30,811 nt of DNA, taken from positions 1 through 30,811 of the forward strand of contig JAZUGD010000018.1 of the NCBI GenBank assembly GCA_045641025.1, given 5' to 3'. The notes beneath the pieces are model-generated. The model saw only the letters and a list, made by a program, of their open reading frames with translations. It searched no databases and had not been told where the DNA came from. Below, in pieces: positions 24,496 through 30,811 of this stretch. The DNA comes from Eubacteriales bacterium (GTDB lineage: Bacteria; Bacillota; Clostridia; Oscillospirales; CAG-272). Numbering within the stretch: the stretch's first letter is position 1; every line of letters begins with the position of its first letter. Both the position numbers and the translations under genes were made by a program.

Positions 24496-25341
24496 GTGTC
24501 CAGAAAAATTATTATAGGTATCGACGTCGGCGGAAGCTCGACGAAAATCGTCGGCTTCGACGTAACCGACGGGAGCAGTGCGCCTCGCCTTATGAACCCG
24601 ATGTTCGTCCGCGCAACCGACCCGATAACGTCGGTTTACGGCGCGTTCGGTAAATTCATCGAGGAAAATTCGCTTACCCTCGAGGACGTTTCCAAGGTTA
24701 TGATAACCGGCGCGGGCTCAAGCTTCGTGTCTCACCCGCTTTACGGTCTCCCGTGCGAGATAGTACCCGAATTCCGCTGCATAGGCTTCGGCGGGCTTTA
24801 TCTGTCGGGACTTAAACGTTCCGTCGTTGTCAGCATGGGCACCGGCACGGCGCTCGTTATAGCCGAGGAGGGCAGGGAGCCCGAGCATCTCGGCGGTACC
24901 GGAGTCGGCGGTGGTACCCTTGTGGGGCTTTCAAAGCAGATTCTCGGCATGGATACGGTTCAGCATATAGAGGAGCTTGCGCTTGACGGCGATCTTACCA
25001 AGGTCGACCTGCGCATCAACGATATTTCCAAGGTTGCGATAACTCCCAACCTTACCGAGACGATGACCGCCGCAAACTTCGGCAAGGTCAGTGATATTGC
25101 GACAAAGTCCGATATCGCGCTCGGCATTATCAATATGGTATTCGAGACCATCGCAATGGTCAGCCGTTTCGCCGCCGAGGCTCACGGTACGAGAGACATT
25201 GTCCTCACCGGCAACCTTTCCGCAATGAAGCAGGCGGGCGAGATATTCGGCAGACTCAATACGATGTTCGACCTCAATTTCATAATACCGGAGCAGGCAC
25301 AGTTCGGTACGGTAATCGGCTGCGCACTTTCCGGAATCTGA
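24496..25341 (+). CDS. coaW: Type II pantothenate kinase
   Basis: GIDVGGSSTK, ITGAG, EFRCIGFGG, VSMGTGT, HLGGTGVGGGTL, ANFGK, VLTGN match the S. aureus/eukaryotic-like PanK-II pattern. GTG 24496 preferred; ATG 24475 is possible. Confidence 0.87.
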   Translation: MSRKIIIGIDVGGSSTKIVGFDVTDGSSAPRLMNPMFVRATDPITSVYGAFGKFIEENSLTLEDVSKVMITGAGSSFVSHPLYGLPCEIVPEFRCIGFGGLYLSGLKRSVVVSMGTGTALVIAEEGREPEHLGGTGVGGGTLVGLSKQILGMDTVQHIEELALDGDLTKVDLRINDISKVAITPNLTETMTAANFGKVSDIATKSDIALGIINMVFETIAMVSRFAAEAHGTRDIVLTGNLSAMKQAGEIFGRLNTMFDLNFIIPEQAQFGTVIGCALSGI

Positions 25342-25354
25342 CTCTTTAGCAGTC

Positions 25355-25390
25355 GGGGCTGTTGCATAAAGCAACAGCCCCTTTCTTTTT
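25355..25390 (+). terminator. Intrinsic terminator after coaW
   Basis: GGGGCTGTTGC-ATAAA-GCAACAGCCCC followed by TTTCTTTTT. Confidence 0.88.
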
Positions 25391-26607
25391 TACAGCATTC
25401 TTATAATCGATTCCGCTCCGAGAGTTTCGGCGGCGCGTCTTGCGTCTTTTCCTTTAACGGGAGAGGTGATAAATTCGGTATATCCCTCGGGAGAGCCCTC
25501 AAGCGGCGTCACGTCGCCGAGCAGATGCGAGGCGTTCTCGCACGTGCCGCGCACGTCTCCGTTTGCAATTCTTATATAGAAGCGTGCCTCAAGCTCGCTC
25601 TCGGGGAGAACAAAGCCCGCGGGGGCTTTCTTCCACGTTTTCGGGAACTCGCCGTCTGCATTGCCGGAGGCTGCGGAGAAAACGTCACCGACCATTGCGG
25701 CGGCGGTGGGGTAGCGTCCCGCGCCTCTGCCGTAGTACATTACGTCACCGGTCATCGCGCACGAGACGAGCACGCCGTTGAAAACGTCGTCAACGCCGCA
25801 AAGCGGACACTCACCGGGAACTACGGCGGGAGATACGAGCACTGCAACTCCCGTGTCCGTACGCTTCATCTGACCGAGAAGCTTGACCGTACCGCCCATT
25901 CTCTTTGCGGCATCCATGTCCGCACGGGTGATTTTTGTCATCGTTTCTCTGTAAACGTCGCCCTCGGCAGGGAGCACTCCCGTAGCGATTGCGGTAAGTA
26001 TCATGATTTTGCGCTGAGCGTCGAAGCCGTCAACGTCAGCCGACGGGTTTGCCTCGGCATATCCGAGCTTCTGCGCTTCCTTCAGCACGGTGTCAAAATC
26101 GGCACCGCGTCTGTCCATGGCGGTAAGTATGTAGTTCGTCGTTCCGTTGAGAATACCCACAACGGAGTCGATTCTGTCGGATGCAAGGGACGTGCGGAGA
26201 GAACGGAGCACGGGAATACCGCCTCCGACAGCCGCCTCGTAAAGGTAGTGCACACCGCATTCCTCAGCCGTCGCGAGCAGCTCGGTGCCGTGCTTTGCCA
26301 CAACCTCCTTGTTGGAGGTAACGACGGATTTACCCGCCTTCATTGCGGCAAGCGAGAAGTCGAGAGCGGGATGAACACCGCCCATCGCCTCGCATACTAT
26401 GCTCACGTCGGGATCGGAGGTAATCACGCCGATATCGTGAACTATGCGCTCACCGTAGGGAGAATCCGGGAACTCTCTGAGGTCGAGGATGTATTTGACG
26501 TATATCTCCTCACCGAGATATTCGGAGAAGCGACCGCCGTTTTCCTCAAGCACGCCGACGATACCGCCGCCGACCGTGCCGAAGCCGAGAATGGCTATGT
26601 TTATCAT
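25390..26607 (-). CDS. hom: Homoserine dehydrogenase
   Basis: GFGTVGGG, VVTSNK, YEAAVGGGIP, GILNGTTNYIL, GYAEANPSADVDG, YGRGAG. Confidence 0.96.
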   Translation of the reverse strand: MINIAILGFGTVGGGIVGVLEENGGRFSEYLGEEIYVKYILDLREFPDSPYGERIVHDIGVITSDPDVSIVCEAMGGVHPALDFSLAAMKAGKSVVTSNKEVVAKHGTELLATAEECGVHYLYEAAVGGGIPVLRSLRTSLASDRIDSVVGILNGTTNYILTAMDRRGADFDTVLKEAQKLGYAEANPSADVDGFDAQRKIMILTAIATGVLPAEGDVYRETMTKITRADMDAAKRMGGTVKLLGQMKRTDTGVAVLVSPAVVPGECPLCGVDDVFNGVLVSCAMTGDVMYYGRGAGRYPTAAAMVGDVFSAASGNADGEFPKTWKKAPAGFVLPESELEARFYIRIANGDVRGTCENASHLLGDVTPLEGSPEGYTEFITSPVKGKDARRAAETLGAESIIRML

Positions 26608-26624
26608 AAATTATGATACCTTTC

Positions 26625-27629
26625 TTATCGAGGAAGCTCCGTGAAGCCTATCTTGCGGCGAACCTTGGACATGGTACGCGAAGCGGCGTAAGCGGCAGCC
26701 TCCGCGCCTTCCTTCATGACGCTCTCAAGGTAAGCCTTGTCGGCGAGAAGACGGTTATATTCTTCCTGAACGGGAGCGAGCGCATCTGCGCAGACCTCAC
26801 CGACGGCTGCCTTGAAGTCGCCGTAGCCCTTGCCTGCGAATTCCGCTTCGATTTCTTCCATGCTCTTTCCGGTAAAGCCGGAGTAGATGGACATGAGGTT
26901 TTCAACGCCCGCCTTGCCTTCTCCGCGGCGAACCTCGCTGCCGGAGTCGGTAACTGCACGCTTGAATTTTTTAAGGATAACTTCACGCGGGTCGAGAATA
27001 CGTACGACGGCGTTCTCGTTATCGTCGGATTTGCTCATCTTCTTGTCGGGCTCTGCGAGAGACATGACCTTCGCGCTTACGGGCGGGATGTACGGCTCGG
27101 GCACTACGAAAGTGTCGCCGTAAACACCGTTGAAGCGGTTGGCAACGTCACGTGCAAGCTCAAGGTGCTGCTTCTGGTCAACGCCTACGGGAACCATCTC
27201 CGTCTGGTAGAGGAGAATATCCGCCGCCATAAGGGAAGGATAGGTGAACAGACCTGCGTTGATGTTGTCGGCGTTCTTCGCACTCTTGTCCTTGAACTGC
27301 GTCATGCGGGAAAGCTCGCCGAACATGGTGTAGCAGTCGAGAATCCAGCCGAGCTCCGCGTGAGCGGATACGTGGCTCTGTACGAACAGCGTGTTCTTCT
27401 GCGGGTCAAGACCGCACGCAATGTAAAGAGCGAGGGTCTCGTAGGTGCGGCGGCGAAGCTCCGCGGGTACCTGACGTACCGTAATCGCGTGCATGTCGAC
27501 GACGCAGTAGTAGCAGTGGTATTCGTCGGAGAATGCGGAGAAGTTGCGCATCGCTCCGAGGTAGTTTCCTATCGTCAGCATTCCGGACGGCTGAACGCCC
27601 GAGAATACAACTTTTTTGTCTTTAAACAT
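26625..27629 (-). CDS. trpS: Tryptophan--tRNA ligase
   Basis: FSGVQPSG..TIGNY, YPSLMAADILLY, VPVGVDQKQHLE, KMSKS. Confidence 0.98.
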   Translation of the reverse strand: MFKDKKVVFSGVQPSGMLTIGNYLGAMRNFSAFSDEYHCYYCVVDMHAITVRQVPAELRRRTYETLALYIACGLDPQKNTLFVQSHVSAHAELGWILDCYTMFGELSRMTQFKDKSAKNADNINAGLFTYPSLMAADILLYQTEMVPVGVDQKQHLELARDVANRFNGVYGDTFVVPEPYIPPVSAKVMSLAEPDKKMSKSDDNENAVVRILDPREVILKKFKRAVTDSGSEVRRGEGKAGVENLMSIYSGFTGKSMEEIEAEFAGKGYGDFKAAVGEVCADALAPVQEEYNRLLADKAYLESVMKEGAEAAAYAASRTMSKVRRKIGFTELPR

Positions 27630-27644
27630 AATTTATATCCTTTG

Positions 27645-29813
27645 TCAGATTACTTTAATATCAACGGTGTCCTTCGTGTAGCAGTCGCGGCCGGTGAAGA
27701 TGATGAACTTACCGGGCTCAACGTAATACTGCTTGTCGAAGTGGTAGAAGCCGAGCTCTTCCCAGCCGAGCTCGAAGGTATAGGTTACGGTCTCGCCGGG
27801 TTCGATGTATTTCTTGTCAAAGCCGCGAAGCTCCTTTATCGGGCGGGTAGCGGTTGCGAGCACGTCGCGCACGAAGCACATTGCGGTCTCCTTGCCGGGT
27901 CTGTCGCCGACGTTCTTAACGTCAACGGATACCTTGAACTTCTTACCCGCCTTGATTTCGTCAAGCGTGAGAGTTTCCGTGTCAACGCGGGGCTTCGAGT
28001 ATTCAAACTCGGTGTAGGAGAGACCGTGACCGAACGGGTACATGGGAGTGCCGTACTCGTCGCGGTAGTTCTCGAGAGCGTTTTCTCTGCCGTAGTATTC
28101 GTCTATGCAGCGGCAGCTCTTGGGAGAGTTGTAGTAAATCGGAATCTGACCCGTAACGCGGGGCAGGGTGACGGAAAGCTTACCGGAGGGGTTGACGTCA
28201 CCGAAGAGAATGTCTGCGGCGGCGGTACCGGTCTCGCTGCCCGAGGTCCAGCACCAGAGTATCGCGTCAAAGAGATACTCGACGTTCGAGAGTGCCATCG
28301 GCCTGCCGTAGAAGAATACGCCGACGACTTTTTTGCCGTACTTGCGGGCATTCTGAATGTCGATTACCTGCTCCGGCGGAATCTCGATTGATGCAACGCC
28401 GCTCGCTTCTCCCTCGAACATACAGTTCTCGCCGAGCGCGAGTACGACGACGTCGCTGCCTTTTATGTTGTGAGCACGAAGACGGGTCTCGTCAATCGAC
28501 CAGCCCCATAATTTCGTGTTCGGGGATACTTCGCGGATACCGTCCTCAAGCGACTTTATGAAGGTGGGCTCGGGGTCGCAGGTCCATGCGCCGAGGATAC
28601 TGCGCTTTTCGGTGAGGAACGTGCCGTTGATAACGAGCTCTTCGGTGTTCTTCGAGAGCGGGAGTACGCCGTTGTTCTTGAGAAGCACCATGCACTCGCC
28701 TGCCATTTTTCTTGCAAGCGCCATGTGTGCGTCGTAGTCCACGGGAACCTCGCTCACGTACGGGTTGTCAAACAGACCGAGGTCAAACTTAACGCGCAGA
28801 ACGCGGCGAACCGCCTCGTCGAGCACCTCCATGGAAACGCGTCCCTTTTCAACTGCGGACTCAAGACCGCGGTTGTACGCAAAGTCGTCCATGTCCATGT
28901 CAAGACCTGCGTTTATCGCAAGCGCGGCACAGTCCTCTTCGGTTTCGGCAACACCCTGACGGATAAGCTGGATAATCGACCAGTCGTCGCTGACGACGTA
29001 GCCGTTGAAGCCGAGCTCGTCACGGAGTATCTCGGTGAGAAGATAGTGCGACGAGGTAGTCGGCTGACCGGAAATCTCGTTGAAGGAGCTCATTATCGTA
29101 CGGACTCCCGCGTCAACCGCACCCTTGAAGTTGTAGAGGTACGAGTTGCGGAGAGTATAGTCGGAAAGCTCCGCCTTCTGATAGTCACGGCCGCCCTCTG
29201 CCGCACCGTAACCGATGTAATGCTTTGCGCAGGCGGCAATGTGACCGTGCTCTTTAAGTTCTTCGGGAGTACGTCCCTGATAGCCGCTTACCATGGCGTA
29301 CGCCATATTGTAGCCGAGCCACGGGTCCTCGCCGGGGCCTTCTACGCAGCGTCCCCAACGCGGGTCACGCGCGACGTCGACCATCGGCGCGAACGCCCAC
29401 ATGACGCCGTCGTTCGTGCACTCGGAGGCGGTAGCCGCATAGCACTCCTCAACGAGTGCGGGGTTGAAGCTTGCCGCAAGTGCCATCGGAACGGGGAATA
29501 CGGTGTTGTGACCGTGAATTACGTCACGTCCGAAAATCGCGGGAATGTGCATACGGCTGCCTTTTACGGCCTCATCCTGAAGCGAGTTGAGGTAATCGAG
29601 GTTTTTGCGTCTCTTCTCGGGGTTATTTCCCCAGCCGCCTTCGGTGAGGAAGCCGCCGAGCTCGCCGCTACGCAGCATTTCGCGGACTCTCTGCTCATTG
29701 CCTCCGCCGGGATGATCGGTAGTCCATTGCGACAGCTGACCGACTTTTTCGTGTACGGTCATTTCGGCAAGAAGCGCGTCTATTTTCTTTTCGTTTTCGG
29801 GATTGAGTTTCAT
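27645..29813 (-). CDS. Glycoside hydrolase family 3 (BglX-like beta-glucosidase), no signal peptide
   Basis: Start MKLNPENE (ATG 29813); GRDVIHG, FAPMVDVARDPRWGR, KHY, VVSDD nucleophile region, C-terminal Fn3-like domain (PFGHGLSYTEF...VKNVG). Confidence 0.94.
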   Translation of the reverse strand: MKLNPENEKKIDALLAEMTVHEKVGQLSQWTTDHPGGGNEQRVREMLRSGELGGFLTEGGWGNNPEKRRKNLDYLNSLQDEAVKGSRMHIPAIFGRDVIHGHNTVFPVPMALAASFNPALVEECYAATASECTNDGVMWAFAPMVDVARDPRWGRCVEGPGEDPWLGYNMAYAMVSGYQGRTPEELKEHGHIAACAKHYIGYGAAEGGRDYQKAELSDYTLRNSYLYNFKGAVDAGVRTIMSSFNEISGQPTTSSHYLLTEILRDELGFNGYVVSDDWSIIQLIRQGVAETEEDCAALAINAGLDMDMDDFAYNRGLESAVEKGRVSMEVLDEAVRRVLRVKFDLGLFDNPYVSEVPVDYDAHMALARKMAGECMVLLKNNGVLPLSKNTEELVINGTFLTEKRSILGAWTCDPEPTFIKSLEDGIREVSPNTKLWGWSIDETRLRAHNIKGSDVVVLALGENCMFEGEASGVASIEIPPEQVIDIQNARKYGKKVVGVFFYGRPMALSNVEYLFDAILWCWTSGSETGTAAADILFGDVNPSGKLSVTLPRVTGQIPIYYNSPKSCRCIDEYYGRENALENYRDEYGTPMYPFGHGLSYTEFEYSKPRVDTETLTLDEIKAGKKFKVSVDVKNVGDRPGKETAMCFVRDVLATATRPIKELRGFDKKYIEPGETVTYTFELGWEELGFYHFDKQYYVEPGKFIIFTGRDCYTKDTVDIKVI

Positions 29814-29851
29814 AACGTACGCCTTTCCGATTGAAAGTTTTATTACCTTAT

Positions 29852-29881
29852 ATTTTACCTTTTTTTCGGTATGTTTGTCAA
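29852..29881 (-). promoter_or_regulatory. Sigma-A promoter for GH3-trpS-hom
   Basis: TTGACA (29881-29876), 18 nt, TAAAAT (29857-29852). Confidence 0.7.
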
Positions 29882-29900
29882 GTATTTTCATCTTCCGTAC

Positions 29901-29929
29901 GTATAAAAAAACGCCCGCGTGCAATACTT
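29901..29929 (+). promoter_or_regulatory. Possible forespore (SigG/SigF-type) promoter for the GerA-family gene
   Basis: GTATA (29901-29905), 17 nt, AATACTT (5/7 to CATACTA); fits the known forespore control of gerA/spoVA genes. Confidence 0.45.
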
Positions 29930-29958
29930 TTACCGAATATTCACACCGGAGGCGCAAA

Positions 29959-30628
29959 GTGGAGAGAATGAGCGGTAATTTCGACGGCGACGTTGCAGAG
30001 TTCGAGTTGCTGTCGCGTGCGGGAGAGAGCTACGATATTTTGAAGCGTGAAATGACGGCGGCGGGGCGGCGACTCGTATTTTACTATATCGACGGATTTG
30101 TCAAAGCGGAGCTTATGCAGAAGCTTATGATGCATTTTACGACCCTTAAGTATTTCGGCGACGGCGGGACGGGTGCGGCATCACGCTTCGCCGAAACGGT
30201 ACCCGCGGTCGAGGTCGACGTTACGGGAGACTACGAAACTCTCGTTCGTATGTTCATGTCGGGCTGTACGATTATGTTTTGTGACGGCTTCGGCGAGGAG
30301 GCGCTCGTAATCGACGCGCGCACCTATCCCGCCCGCGACACCGCGGAGCCCGATAACGACAGGGTAATGCGCGGGAGCCGCGACGGCTTCGTTGAAACGT
30401 CCGTATCGAACGTCACGCTCATCCGCCGCAGAATCCGTGACCCCGCTCTCACCGTCGAGTATTTCTGCGTCGGAAGCGAGAGCATGACCGACGTCTCGCT
30501 CGTCTATATGAAGGGAAAAGCCGACCCGGGCTACGTCGCGTATCTGCACGAAAAGCTCAAGGGCATCAAAACCAAATCGCTTACGATGGGACACCGCAGT
30601 CTTATAGAAACACTCGTGCCGACGAGGT
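29959..30628 (+). CDS. GerA/SpoVAF family spore germination protein, N-terminal part only (assembly ends in adapter)
   Basis: GTG 29959 with GGAGG SD; SYDILKRE, FYYIDGFVK, DARTYPAR..EPDNDRVMRGSRDGFVET, TLIRRRIRDP. The apparent TAA is formed by the adapter junction. Confidence 0.9.
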
Positions 30629-30712
30629 AAGTCGGTGGCCAAGCGGTCTTAGGAAGACAAATTATTGTGCCATCTCCTTGCCACACAGAACGACATGGCT
30701 ACGATCCGACTT
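30629..30712 (+). other. MGI/BGI DNBSEQ library adapter plus 10-nt barcode (technical contamination)
   Basis: 30629-30660 matches AAGTCGGAGGCCAAGCGGTCTTAGGAAGACAA at 31/32; 30661-30670 ATTATTGTGC is barcode-sized; the reverse complement of 30671-30712 matches AAGTCGGATCGTAGCCATGTCGTTCTGTGAGCCAAGGAGTTG at 39/42. Confidence 0.97.
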
Positions 30713-30811
30713 GCTACGTCGCGTACCTGCACGAAAAGCTCAAGGGCATCAAAACCAAATCGCTTACGATGGGACACCGCAGTCTTATAGAAACACTCGT
30801 GCCGACGAGGT
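30713..30811 (+). repeat. Artefactual second copy of 30530-30628 (99-nt library insert read again after the adapter)
   Basis: Identical to 30530-30628 except T30543 versus C30726; the copy ends exactly where the adapter began. Confidence 0.95.

Noticed and set aside
30629-30811. Apparent insertion element with a 99-bp target duplication, or a gerA pseudogene
   Set aside because: The inserted 84 bp are MGI adapters plus barcode; the duplication and the stop codon are technical artefacts.

Overview
30.8 kb from a Bacillota (Clostridia-like) genome, probably metagenome-assembled, GC roughly 55-60% by eye. It is mostly core genes: on the minus strand, large SRP RNA-dnaX-ybaB-recR and two half-size TauE/SafE genes; on the plus strand, ftsK-tmk-DJ-1-5-FCL-CPBP-mltG; on the minus strand, mtlD-PHP phosphatase-MutS-like ATPase-udg; then a GNAT, oppBCDFA, a HAD-IIA hydrolase divergent from a type II pantothenate kinase, GH3-trpS-hom on the minus strand, and a GerA-family gene. 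The most unusual biological signal is a ~580 bp low-GC island (11868-12451) between convergent mltG and udg. It carries one orphan 3-TM gene lying between two directly repeated, degenerate 16-bp dyads (ACAAATTAGAATTTGT and GCAAATCCCGGTTTGT), and the island is bounded by bipartite inverted repeats (13 bp and 14 bp perfect blocks). This resembles a single, possibly recombinase-mobilised gene cassette, but no recombinase is in the window. Second, MltG has a ~320 aa Pro-rich cytoplasmic tail with 31-aa tandem repeats and about 12 T-x-x-(I/V/M) motifs, suggesting a multisite phospho-Thr/FHA scaffold. The last 183 bp are a sequencing artefact (MGI/DNBSEQ adapters, a barcode and a repeated 99-bp insert), so the GerA truncation is not biological. 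All calls are by eye from motifs; no searches were run.
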